Shown: piece after piece, positions 30,420 to 42,800 of the stretch
Numbering within the stretch: the first letter of the stretch is position 1
Layout: every line of letters starts with the position of its first letter
Assembly (NCBI GenBank): GCA_964016885.1
Contig: OZ024752.1
Location: 10,168,001 to 10,232,000 of the forward strand
Length of the DNA stretch: 64,000 nucleotides
Direction: 5' to 3'
Origin: Eledone cirrhosa
Taxonomy: Eukaryota
Program-made: the position numbers and the translations under genes
The notes under the pieces: generated by a model
The model's input: the letters and a program-made list of their open reading frames with translations, nothing else
Told to the model about the DNA's origin: nothing
Database searches by the model: none

Positions 30420-30556
30420 CAGATACGGTGGAGTAAAAACCACTTAGACCATAACCCACCAGAGTACCCGATACTTGGGGTAGTAATGTGAGTAATACGA
30501 AAAGATTCAGGACCGCGACGGTTGAGCTCCGCCCGTTTCGACTGCTATATCCGAAC
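30420..30556 (-). mobile_element. Family X copy with HHR 3' half and tail colinear
   Basis: Minus strand: GTCGAAACGG...CCGTCGCGGTCCTGAATCTTTTCGTATTAC...GTACTCTGGTGGGTTATGGTC. Confidence 0.65.
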
Positions 30557-30599
30557 TGAAGCGCCACTATCTGAGCAGCGGGAATCTAACTGAACTCCT

Positions 30600-31200
30600 C
30601 AGGGGTATAATCCATATGTGGGCAGACAGTCTAAGCAAAAAAATCGTAATTTGATTAGGCTCGCAAAGTTGTATTTGAATACTGGCAACAGGTATAAGGA
30701 GCGGATTTTGCATTTAGTGTCATGATAAAACGAGGTAGGTTTTGAGAGGCCTTAAAATGCAATTATCATATTTTGATTACAATTTAGGCATCCATTTCCT
30801 GTTCATATTTTGTACTGTAATGTTAGTTCAATTAATTATGACAGTTCCATGAATGTGTATCTATCGCTCTTGCTTAGAAAATTGGATTTTGCCTTAAAAT
30901 ATGACTGGTGCCCTTCACCCTCATATCTAGATTTGCAGTATCTGCTAATGTCTTTCTAATTACATACGACATGTAGTGCATTCGAATCTATTTTTCCCTT
31001 GACTGTTAGATGTGACAAATAATTTGTTATATGTCGGCTATATTGCTCTATATAATTGACCAATTGCCACCTCCTCGAATCTAAGAATTGGGGAGATTAA
31101 AAAAACTTGGCGAAAGATTCCCAGAAAAAATGGTTGAAGAGGAACAGCTATAATACGAAGATGGTCTGTAATTAGTGTCAAAACTGTATGGACATTGTAT
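30600..31200 (-). pseudogene. Highly decayed CR1/L2-like RT remnant
   Basis: Weak ADDTK-like and RPxLEY-like traces only. Confidence 0.3.
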
Positions 31201-31393
31201 GTGATTTGATATAGATGTTAGAGAGATGGGGAGGGGGGGGGGGTAGTGTGTCTGTGTCTGTGTGTGCTTGTGTGTGTGAGAGAGAGAGAGAGAGTTAGAG
31301 AGAGAGAGTGAAGATAGAAAGAGGAATTTGCTTCCAATTGGAAACTAATAGGGATGTAAACTGTTGAGCCAATCAACAATATATTACTTAATA

Positions 31394-32244
31394 TTGGTTT
31401 CTTATATAGGCACAAGGACAGCAATTTTGAGGGAGGGGAAAGGCGATTAAATAGACCCCAGTGCGTGACAGGTAATTTATTTTATCGACACCGTAATGAT
31501 GAAAGGCAAAGTTAACCTCGGCGGGATTTGAAGTCAGATTATAAAGGGCCGTAACTATTTTGCAAATCATGGCGTCCGGCCCTCTAGCGATACTGCAAAT
31601 CCAACGCCTTAAAAAGATTACATGTACCTCTTGACCAGAATTGACCCCAAGACCAGGAACTCCACGTCCCTAGTGCCTACCACTAGGCCACCGAGACAGC
31701 TAATATATGACTTAATATTAATTTCATATACGGCTCCTACAGTTCAACTCTTGTCTGTTCCGGCCTTTAGATACAGATTTGCATTTCAGAGTTCATATTT
31801 GCATTTCAGGAATAATACTTATATTAAAATTGGATTGATTTAATTTTCATGTAATCTGTCAGTCTCGTTTTACATTTCCCCATAGGGTTCTTTTTTTACT
31901 ACTTACTGTAAATGCGCGAACTATTATTGTTAATGGTTTCTTATTTAGGCACAAGTCCAGCAATTTTATGCGAGCGGAAAGTCGATTAAATCGACCATAG
32001 TGCGTGACTGGTACTTTACTTTATCGACCCCGTAAGGATGAAAGGCAAATTTGAACTCAGATCATAAAGGAACGTAACTCTATGCTGCAAAGCATGGCGC
32101 CCGACCCTCTACCGATACTGCCAATCTACCACCCTAATATTCCGAGGTTAACTTTGCCTTTCATCCTTACGGGGTCGATAAAATAAAGTACCAGTAATAC
32201 ACTGGGATAATTGCTGGCCTTGTGCCAAAAGTAGAAACAATTAT
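31394..32244. mobile_element. Cluster of family 1 SINEs (31394-31610 minus, 31933-32135 minus, 32142-32244 plus)
   Basis: Core matches. Confidence 0.8.
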
Positions 32245-33445
32245 TGTTAGTAATAGAAATTCAACTATACATATATATATATATATATATATATATTGTT
32301 ATACTTGGGGAGGGTCATATTGTTGTAATAATATTGCCAGAATTAATAACAGAACACACTCACTGTTTGGTTGGTTTTCGCTTCTGTATCTTTTATATCA
32401 GTTAATTTATTCGGTCCTCAATGTTTACCATTGACTGACCAACGGTCAAAAATACAGATATAATATAGATATATAGTCTAACAAAGTTCGTTCGTTGCAC
32501 ATCTGCAACATCGTCAGTGGTGCTATTATGTTTCTTCCTGTTGTATTGTATGTCTACTCCATCTTTATTTAATCTGTTTATTTATTTATTTATTTTATTC
32601 TTCTCTGCGCATGCGTTTGCGTGTGGGTATCGTATTGGGTATGTGTTCTTCGTTTGGGTGACTGTGTTTTGGCTATTGTATTCTATCTTAGTTTACTAGT
32701 GTGTGTTTATATGTTTGTTGTTATTGTGCTTGTTTATATATTTATTTATTTATATATATCTGTAAAAAACTAAAGATTCAAATTGAAAACTTTAGAAGGA
32801 AACAGTATCTGTTTTAAGGTGTTTACTCTAACATAGCTGTATACATATACGTGAATGTATATTGTATATCGCTAGATATACTATATACGTAAGTATTTCT
32901 ATTTATTTTACGCTTATTTATATATTAACCTTTATACTTTGCAGTATTTAAATACCGGAGCTGGATGAAGTAATTATTTCGCAGCGCATAATATATATTA
33001 AATATTATATTACCTATCTGGGATTTCCAGTAAGAGAATCCTTATATTTACCTACTGCCGTTATTACATTCAACATACCGCAGATAAAGGGTATTTGAAC
33101 AATGTCATTTTAATAGAAATACATTTGTAAATGGCGATGTCATATTAACTGATATTTTATGATACCATACCGGAGATTTTTTGTTTAAAGACTCAAAGGT
33201 AATATTTACATTATTTATTTTCTGAGAATCGGATAAGAAAATAATCTCGGAACCGAAATAGATTCCACATAAAATAATCAGATGTTCCTGAAGTCGTGGG
33301 AAACATACATTTTGTATTGTTTATATTTAATGTAATACTCTCCTTCATATCAAATCTCAAGCATCACATTAAATACCACATTTCTTCGACTGCTAACAAT
33401 GAAATTAAAATATAGTTATATATACAGATGCATATAACCACATAC

Positions 33446-33479
<34 letters not shown>

Positions 33480-33779
33480 GTAATATAATAAATGGAATAA
33501 CATGAAACGAAATTTCATTTCTCACTCTTAGTACGGCACTTACTTAAATGTAAGTATGTATGTTTACGTACATACATATATGTATACAGACGTACAGTAG
33601 TATGTATATATATATATATATATATACATATATGCACACATATATATATGCACGTATCGGTTTACCGAAAATTTATTATAATGCTCGGTTTGTTTGTTTT
33701 CAAACAAACAAACAGCCCGAATTACGCCGTACAGCGTTTAGGCAACCACGTCACCTTTTTGTTCAACACTGACACAGGA

Positions 33780-33822
33780 ACGATGTACTAGTTTCAAGCT
33801 TATTAGCTATCGTCAGCATCGT
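33780..33822 (-). ncRNA. Minimal type I hammerhead ribozyme
   Basis: Minus strand: ACGATG-CTGACGA-tAGCTaataAGCTt-GAAA-CTAG-TA-CATCGT. Confidence 0.85.
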
Positions 33823-33943
33823 ATACCTTCCTGCCAGATGGTTGAACGTCTGAAGGTATATACTTTCCTTATGCATATTAACGGCTGAGCAGCCTAATTT
33901 GCATATCGAGTGAGTTCAGTCGGCCGGGGGCACCGGAATGTAT

Positions 33944-33986
33944 ACGATGCTGACGATAGTTAATAAGCTTGAAGCTAGTACATCGT
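33944..33986 (+). ncRNA. Minimal type I HHR, mutated (GAAG instead of GAAA)
   Basis: ACGATG-CTGACGA-tAGTTaataAGCTt-GAAG-CTAG-TA-CATCGT. Confidence 0.75.
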
Positions 33987-34206
33987 TCCTGTGTCAGTGT
34001 TGAAGAAAAAGGTGACGTGGTTGCCTAAACACTGTACGGCGTAATTCGGGCTGTTTGTTTGTTTGCAAATAAACAAACCGAGCTTATAATAAATGTTCTG
34101 TAAACCGATACGTGCATATATATATGTTATATATATACATACTACTGTACGTCTGTATACATATATGTATGTACGTATACATACATACATACATACATAC
34201 TTACAT

Positions 34207-34251
<45 letters not shown>

Positions 34252-34256
34252 ATATA

Positions 34257-34296
<40 letters not shown>

Positions 34297-34600
34297 CACA
34301 CACACACACACACATGTATACATACACGCACGCATATATACACACATACATACATACATACACACATGCACACATACATACACACACACATACATACATA
34401 CACACACACACATATATATAATAACATTTTATAGTTAGCTTGAAGCAGTGTATATAATATATACGGTTGGAAGAGATAGAAGGCTGACAATGCAAACATG
34501 GACTATAAGTAAAAGTAAAACGACTTAGAAAACATTTAAATCAAAATTTCATTCCAAAGAGAGGACATTGCAAGGTTATCAACTGACGGTCCCTTAAACC

Positions 34601-34628
34601 CTGATGAAGGGACTTTTAGGTCCCGAAA
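34601..34628 (+). ncRNA. HHR core and stem II only (stems I and III decayed)
   Basis: CTGATGA-A-GGGAC-ttttag-GTCCC-GAAA, between about 37-bp inverted repeats (34468-34504, 34706-34740). Confidence 0.5.
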
Positions 34629-34772
34629 TTTTGAACAGATAAAAGACCAACAAAACGTAACAAAGATTACCAGGTAACTTTTACTTTTCGTTACTGCATC
34701 TGACAGTCCATTTTGCATTGTTTAGCTTTCTATCTCTTTCAAAGTTTTATATATATATATATATATATATAC

Positions 34773-35190
34773 ATATTAATTCAAAATATTAACAAAATAG
34801 ATATTCTTGTGATCAATTATATTTTATTATACATATTTCAGAGGTACTGAATTAAGTTCAACAGTACGTTCCCATCAGATAAAATAAAATGATACATGAC
34901 ATACCCTGACATGGTAGATGGTTAAGATTTAATCAAGGTAGTAAAGCTGTCAGGGTATGTCATGTATCATTTTATTTTATCTTATGAGGACGTAATGTTG
35001 AACTTAATTCAGTACCTCTGAAATATGTATAATAAAATATAATTGATCACAAGAATATCTATTTTGTTAATATTTTGAATTAATATTAATAACTCTGGAA
35101 AATATATTTTTTACAGTAGAGTGCTTCCAATCTATTGTAAAACTCAAAACTCATTATTTGATGTATTCATTGAATCTTGGTTAACTCTTA
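34773..35190. mobile_element. Fold-back island C: arms 34773-34911 and 34948-35086 plus tail; HHR in each arm (34820-34886 minus, 34973-35039 plus)
   Basis: TATTTTAT-CT(G/T)ATG(G/A)...GTA(C/A)TG..CAGTAC..-GAAA-TATGTA-TA-ATAAAATA; one core mutation per arm. Confidence 0.85.
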
Positions 35191-35207
35191 AATATATATC
35201 GAAGCAG

Positions 35208-35267
35208 GGGAGTACGTGGATCTGATGAACGCTAACCAGCGTGAAACAGACTGTCAGCTTCTCTCCC
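35208..35267 (+). ncRNA. Type I hammerhead ribozyme (stem I imperfect)
   Basis: CTGATGA-ACGCT-aacc-AGCGT-GAAA-CAG-a-CTG-TC; distal GGGAG/CTCCC pairing. Confidence 0.75.
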
Positions 35268-35415
35268 TTCTTTCACCGAAAAGAATTAAGTGACATAGAC
35301 ACTACTTTAAAACTGATAGGGTATGATCTTCTAAATGTTTTTAATTAAACATACGGTATTGCCAAATATACTATACATACATTCATGTATACATCTCTAT
35401 ATCAGAGCACCAATC

Positions 35416-35458
<43 letters not shown>

Positions 35459-35702
35459 ATAATGAGGAATAAGTTGGTCGGCTATGCAATAAAGTATTAA
35501 CAATATTTGCATTAGCCCGCTGTGACTAAACGTCGCTAATCGTTAGAAGATACTTTAATTACAATCGATACCTGACCAAATCGTCTGAATACTTTTGAGT
35601 ATAAAACTATCCTCGATACAGAGTACTCATAACCTCTAGCTAGATTACCTTAAATGATATCTTATGTTAAACACACACACACACACATATCTATCTATCT
35701 AT

Positions 35703-36200
35703 CTAAGGCGGGTAAAATTCCCGAGATCCATGGACGAGTTCTCTCCAGCGGTCTCTGTCCCTCATTATCGCTGCCATGTCCTGCATCCCCAACAGACCAG
35801 TGTCTGTCCTTAGGGCATCAACATACGTTAACCTTGGTCTTCCTCTTCTAGTGTGTCCATGTAGGGGCTCCCAAAGGAGTACTGAGTGCAATGTCAACTC
35901 TGGATGTCGGTGAGCATGTCCAGCTAACCTCAGTCTCCTCTGTGTCACTTTTGAGCTGACTTTTGGGATGCTCCCATACAGCTCTGAGTTGTTCATCATC
36001 AGTGTATACTGATTAATGTTCAGAGCCATCCTCAGCATTCTCGTGTAGCACCCATCCACCATCTGAGTGAGTTTCTTGGTCAGTGTCCAAGTCTCAGACC
36101 CATACAGCAGCACAGACTCCACTACAGCAATGAAGAGGCGGATTTTCAGGTCTCTACGAAGGTCCGACTTCCACACCGATCTCAAGCTGTGGAACGCCGC
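35703..36200 (-). pseudogene. RTE-clade LINE 3' fragment
   Basis: ORF with LLYGSETWTLT, RRLRLAGH, RRGRPRLTY; (GATA)n tail. Confidence 0.85.
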
Positions 36201-36453
36201 CTGGGTATGACATTAAACTACATCCAGTGACAAGGCTCCAGTTCGGGAGTTCAGGAGATGTGGGGAATGTGGAGTTACCCCTTAGTTGTCATGACTCCTA
36301 GGTCTGCCCTGGCCCGGGGTGGTAGTACCTGTTAGGGCTCCATTTATGGGTTAAATAACTACCTTATTCGAGTGGCGCCGGTAAAGTATTGTCAGCCATT
36401 GAAAAGAAATACGGAGAGTCGATCTAACAGCACTAGGGTTAGAGCCCCTAATT

Positions 36454-36503
<50 letters not shown>

Positions 36504-36597
36504 CAGATCTTGCCTTCACCTCATCGCCGGAGTAACATATGTAATATGTTAATAAATTGTGCTTTGATGCATCACTAATCCTTCTTCGTTATCTATA

Positions 36598-36651
<54 letters not shown>

Positions 36652-36654
<3 letters not shown>

Positions 36655-36770
36655 AACGAGTAGGACCCTAACGGCTGAGCTCAAGCTGTTTCGGCGGCTA
36701 ATTCTGGACTCTGGGTGTGTACTTGGGTGCGTTATGGTCCACCTGGTTCCTTACCACATTTCCTTCGTTA
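36652..36770. mobile_element. Family X copy
   Basis: Matches 6231-6385; (TA)n on both sides. Confidence 0.65.
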
Positions 36771-37042
36771 TATATATATATATCTTATATATATATATAT
36801 CTTATAGACACCTGTTAGCTTAAGAGAAACTTAATAATAAGGAGTGGCATGCCATCCTGAACCTGTTTATAGAATTCTTTCTGCCTTTGTTACTCTAAAA
36901 ATAAAAATAAACTATAGCTTTGTAGAATTAGCTTTTAATGAAATCTCTTTTCTATCAACCAATGACCTAACCCCATCCCACTCCCCACCCTCTCCTACCA
37001 CTTGTAGAGACCTATAAATACCATACTTATTTTTTGATACCC

Positions 37043-37093
37043 AGATTCCTGATGATTTCTAAAGAATGAAACAGTTCTAGTCCTGTAGAATCT
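37043..37093 (+). ncRNA. Type I hammerhead ribozyme
   Basis: AGATTC-CTGATGA-tTTCtaaaGAAt-GAAA-CAG-ttctagtc-CTG-TA-GAATCT. Confidence 0.8.
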
Positions 37094-37113
37094 CATCTAT
37101 ATTAAAACTTATA

Positions 37114-37147
<34 letters not shown>

Positions 37148-37150
37148 CAC

Positions 37151-37203
<53 letters not shown>

Positions 37204-37224
37204 CATATATACATATATATATAT

Positions 37225-37268
<44 letters not shown>

Positions 37269-37375
37269 CATTGACAAATATATCAATATGCCCAGACACG
37301 CAGATATATTGCGCTTGGTATGACTGTGGTTTCAGCTCAATGTTGGATAACTAGTATACTACAGAGCCGTTATAT

Positions 37376-37518
37376 TTATAGGAATAACCAAAGAGTGCTT
37401 AGCAATACATTGTTTTATTAGCTAACAGTGTTTCATCCATACTGCCATGGTGTAGGGATGAACCACGGTTAGCTAATAAAACAATGTATTTTTAAGCACT
37501 ATTTGGTTATTCCTATAA
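37376..37518. repeat. Fold-back D: about 63-bp inverted arms with a short spacer
   Basis: TTATAGGAATAACCAAA..TTCATCC / GGATGAA..TTTGGTTATTCCTATAA. Confidence 0.85.
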
Positions 37519-38300
37519 CTATATCTCATTTTGTTTGACCCGTTGTAGCTTGTTCGCTTTTTTGGCTTCTTAACCATCGTCTCAGCGTGTATGACCTTTT
37601 AACTTATGTTTATAGCTCTGGTATCTTCTTCAGTTCCATCGAGCGCTTGTCAGCACAATATGGAAGTTGTGTTTCGCTAATTTCTACCCGCCGAAATGCG
37701 ATTATCGCTAAATTATATTATATTTATATATATATATATATACCTGGGTTTTGCTGGTTGAAAATTACAAGTAGGAGCACAGTTACTATCATATTTGTCT
37801 TGCACTTTCTACAGCCTCTAAAACTTTCATATACAATATGTGTTTTTATGTAGGGTATGTCCATGATGATTATCTGGTGTATGTTTTCCTCAACTGAGAT
37901 GCCACGACACACAGCTTGGAATTATACAGATACTCAGAGACTTCCATATAATAACACTGGCTTCATACTCTAAAACATACACTAAAACAACTAGTTAACG
38001 AATATCTTGCCCTCCTTGAATATTGCTTTCAAACGACACGTCCACCATGCTAAAAACAGCCAAGAATAGCTATATATAATGTTGCCAAACTGTAAGTGGT
38101 CAACTGTTTAAACAATGTTTACCGAAAATCGATTTCACTTAAAATCGGTTTCTCTCCATTCGTCGGTTTCAAATGTTTAATTTTATGTACTTGCAGGCTA
38201 CTGCTTCATGAATTCGAATTTGAGACATTATTGAAAACACTCAATCGATAATATAATAGATTGAACAAGTTAGATGTTTAATTGGTATATCTTTTTTATT

Positions 38301-38621
38301 ACACTGGTCTACAAGGTGTTTGGTGGTTAGGAAATAGACATCATTCCTGTATAAAATCGGTCTCCTGATTCCAAATATAACCTTTTTTACCTATCAGATC
38401 TAGTTTTTAACTTATTGAACATCCCTATAGTTACTATGTATGAGTGTACATCGAGTACGCAGTGTTTGTTACCTTATTCTAATCTTATGTTTTTTTCTCT
38501 CAGAAAACTAGATCTGATAGAGGAAGACTAAAGTAATTTTGGAATTTAGCAGTCAAAATCACTTAAGAATTCGTTGAAATATTCCAGGCACCAGACAAAA
38601 TGATTTTGTTGTGGCCCAGTC
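38301..38621. mobile_element. Non-autonomous DNA transposon, possibly Chapaev/CMC-like
   Basis: Ends ACACTGGTCTACAA and TTGTGGCCCAGTC; internal inverted repeat CTATCAGATCTAGTTTT / AAAACTAGATCTGATAG. Confidence 0.5.
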
Positions 38622-39104
38622 TTATCTTTTAAACACTGAATACTATAATGTTACTAATATTGGAATAGGCTTGTATGCAAGCATTGCATCATAATACTTG
38701 TTTAAAATATCTTGAATTGATTGTGGAAATAATGGTTATGTATTAAGAGATTATTTGAAAGGTTTTATTCATGTGATGTGTTCCGCATTCAAGAATACTT
38801 TCGTATTGAAAACAACTTCGCATTAAAGAAATTTTAATGAGGACACTATTAGAGAGTTGATAAATCCATTTCTAATTATATCATTAATGTTTATGCTTCT
38901 GATGTACAGAAAACTGCAAAATACATTTTATACTCTCGTCATTATAATTAAATCAAACATAAATATTCATATCAAACATAAGATCGTGCGACTACAAATT
39001 TAGAAATTGTATATTGCACAAAATACAGAGGAAAAATGATTAATAAATCACGTGAAATGATATGTCACCAATTTGGTTAGTAAACGCTGAATCTATATTT
39101 ATCT

Positions 39105-39382
39105 AGGGCTGGTAAACTTCCCGAGATCCATGGACGAGTTCTCTCCAGCGGTCTCATTCCGGCGTCTGCAAGAGAGCATTAAGCAGCCAGAGAAGAATGT
39201 GAATGCAGGCGGAAAGCCGCGAGAGTTGGTTGAGGACTTCCTGTATCTCTGAGCAAAAATTGGGAACACAGTCGGACCTTCGTAAAGAACTGAATATCCG
39301 TCTCTTCGTTGCTGTAGTGGAGTATGAGGCGTGGACACTGACCAAGAAACTCACTCTGATGGCGGATGAGTACTACACGAGA

Positions 39383-39384
<2 letters not shown>
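39105..39384. mobile_element. RTE fragment with internal inversion
   Basis: Left part matches 35707-35756 in the same orientation; right part matches about 36037-36170 inverted. Confidence 0.75.
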
Positions 39385-39421
<37 letters not shown>

Positions 39422-39593
39422 AATACCTATAGTAGTAGCTTATGAAGCCTTAATAAGTATAAAATATATATTTGTTAGTAAACTATTATTACAACCAATA
39501 TAAAGTATTATTTAAGCAAAGTTAGATTATTTCTATATTTTCATTTTCAAAAAATAACACAATCTTTTACGAGCACGTAGACGAAGAATGTTC

Positions 39594-39636
<43 letters not shown>

Positions 39637-41197
39637 GCAAACTGCCGCCAGTTTTCCTCTGTCTTGGAGCTATTACGAAAGAGGTTCTATAAAGAACTAA
39701 GCTGAAAGGATTGAATACACATACATTTCGCTTTGGCAAATGTTTATTCAATCACTAGAGGTTTAAATTGGTAAAGGAAAGTAGTAAAAGTTGAGAGAAA
39801 GATATTGCCCATAGGAAAGCGTCTTAATGTAGCGAAAAGATTGGATCTGTGGGCTGGGAGGAATAGCTCTGCTATAGGTTATCATGATGGATTTGAATAT
39901 ATGAGGTTTCTTATTTACCACAGGCAGGTGCTCCCCTATTAGGGAATCGTTTTGTTATAAATTTATTGTTATTAGTTACCTGTTTTTTTCTCTTGATTCG
40001 TGTTCCTGTTTACTAGTTTATATATTAATTCTCCCCATCAATCCATTACTTGGCCCTAAAGGTTTCTACCCTGTTGACATATAACGATATTACTACTATA
40101 AATATTTATATAATGATGTTGAGGATAATAATATTTAGGATTACCACTAGCATTAATATTACCATTATTATTGACTCAATATTTTAATGCCTGTTTCTAC
40201 TACTTTGAAACATGTACTTCTTTAGTCCTGGAGTATCTAAAAACCTTAACCTGTCTTCCGAATACATACTTACATTTTTATACTTTAATAGTTTAATATT
40301 ATTAATGGTTTATTATATGGGCACAAGGCCAGGACATTTGAGGAGGTGAAATTCGATTAAATTGACCCAAGTGCGTGACTGGTACTTTATGTTATCGACC
40401 CCGTAAGGATGAAAGGCAAAGCGTTTTTTTATGAAGACAGTGAGCGACGTTTGACTAAAGAAAATTAGCCTGTTAGTAGGGTTTAAAAAACCCTCTAAAA
40501 GGAAAATGTACTACCATTACAGCACCCATCCCTTTCCATTCAAATTAAAGCCTATATGTTCATAGTAAGTATAATAAAAAAAGCAAGCGTTTTGTTTTGA
40601 AGACAGCGAGCGAAGATTGGGAATTGAGTTAGAAATAGAGGCTTTCACCGTATTTTGACTAAAGATAATCAGACTGATAGTAGGGATTGGTGGTTTACGA
40701 TTGTGTTCATTTTATGGTGGGTGGCCTTTCTGTAGTGTATTTAATGGGTGATTTGAGTTGCACAATAATCTGTGTGATATAAGTGTTATAGTGGCTGATT
40801 TCGTTATTGCATGTGAGTGTGTGTTGTGTTAGGTATTTTGTGGTGTTGTGTAATTCATTTGTTTAAACGTTGTACTAGTTTCTGAGACGATGGCGGTATG
40901 TTGTACGTGATGTGTACAAGCTGAATTGTGCTCTTCAACTGAATGTTACTTATTTAAGGTGTTTATTATATCAAGAAGGAAATTGGTTTCGACTGTGTAA
41001 AATATGGGACCCCGTTTATGATGTGCACACAATCGCTCTGTCTCTAGATAACGTATTTGTTATAATTAGAAATATTTTCACATTTATGGAGCAGCATCTA
41101 ATTGTTTTCGGTTTCAAGTTTCTTGTAAATTGGCAACCTCTCTACATATTCCATGTAATGATTTGGTCAAGAATAATACCGATATTTCTTCTTCGGC

Positions 41198-41625
41198 TGC
41201 TACTTCTACTACTACTACTACTACTACCAGTACTACTACTACTACTACCAGTACTACTACTACTACTACCACCAGTACTACTACCAGTACTACTACTACT
41301 ACCACCAGTACTACTACTACTACCACCAGTACTACTACTACTACTACCACCAGTACTACTACTACCACCAGTAATACTACTACTACTACTACTACCACCA
41401 GTACTACTACTACCACCAGTAATACTACTACCACCAGTAATACTACTACTATTACTACTACCACCAGTACTACTACTATTACTACTACTACTACTACTTC
41501 TACTGCTTCTACTATTACTACTACTACAGCTACTACTACAACTACAGTTACTACTTCTACTACAGTTACTACTTCTACTACAGTTACTACTACTACTACT
41601 ACTACTACTATTACTTCTAATTCTA
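41198..41625. repeat. (TAC)n trinucleotide repeat with CACCAG interruptions
   Basis: Direct reading. Confidence 0.95.
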
Positions 41626-41809
41626 CCAATATACGAAATGCTTTGCACTTTATGTACTGAGTTGAAATCGCGTCGATATTAGCTTTGCCTTTCATTCTTA
41701 CGGTGTCGATAAAATAAAGTACCAGTCACGCACTGAGGTCGATGTAATCACCCCCCTCCTTCAAATTGTGAGCTCTGTGACTAAAGTAGAAACAATTATC
41801 ATTACAAAA

Positions 41810-42000
41810 GGGGCGGTGGATTGGCAGTATTGGTAGAGGGTCGGACGCCATGCTTTAACGCATAGAGTTACGGCCCTTGCTATTCTGAGTTCAAATCCCG
41901 CCGAGGTTAACTTTGCCTTTCAACCTTACGGGGTCGATAAAATAAAGTACCAGTAATGTACTGCTTAATTGCTGGCCTTGTGCCTAAAGTAGAAACAATT
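41810..42000 (+). mobile_element. SINE family 1, full length
   Basis: A-box-like TGGCAGTATTGG, B-box GAGTTCAAATCC, core and tail. Confidence 0.9.
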
Positions 42001-42616
42001 CTCATTATTATAGGACGAAAGGGCGGTGGATTGGCCAAAATTAGAAACAATTATGATAGAACGTAAAACCTTTCGTTCTGAGTTCAAACATTGAGAAGGT
42101 TTAATTTGCATTTCATTCTGAAGGGGTAAACAAAATAAAGAACCAGTAAAGTAGCAGGGTCGATATACTCAACATTCCCCTACTCGTTAAACTGTTAGCT
42201 TTATACCATTACTTTTACTTTTCGGTGTGCAGGCTTACAAATTCCATATAACAAAACTCTATGTTGTTTAACAAGTTTCATTTGTTGCTATTTATTTACG
42301 TACATATATAAATTTTGAGACAGAAGACCCAAAAAATCAACATTGATGGTGAATTTCTTTCCAGAGATTTTGAAAATGAAGAGGCAGTTAGAAAGAATAA
42401 TCACAAACACTTTTGCAGTAAAACACAAGCTCTATAATATTGGAATATTCTGACATTTCTATAGAAAATTAAATTGCTGAAAGGTTTTTATAATATCAAT
42501 AGACAAAATAACAAAAACATTTCCCTCCGACACAATGCTTTGTTAAACGAAATAAATAATGAGATTTTTGGTGATAGAAATTACATTTGAGAACTAATGT
42601 TTACTTTGACATATAA

Positions 42617-42800
42617 CTGTTTCTACTTTAGGCACAAGGCCAGCACATACCCAGTGCATTACTGGTACTTTATTTTATCGACCCCGTAAGGATGAAAGGC
42701 AAAGTCAACCTCGCTGGGATTTGAACTCAGATCGTAAAGGGACGTAACTATGCTGGAAAGCATGGCGTCCGACCCTCTACTGATACTGCCAATCCACCGC
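42617..42800 (-). mobile_element. SINE family 1, full length
   Basis: Reverse complement of 41810-42000. Confidence 0.9.

Larger units (their letters stand above)
33480..34208. mobile_element. Fold-back island B: arms 33546-33831 and 33935-34208, tail on the left
   Basis: Long inverted arms, each with an HHR; (TA)n flanks. Confidence 0.9.

Noticed and set aside
41114-41695. Mucin-like Thr-rich ORF
   Set aside because: (TAC)n repeat open in several frames, with no signal of a real exon
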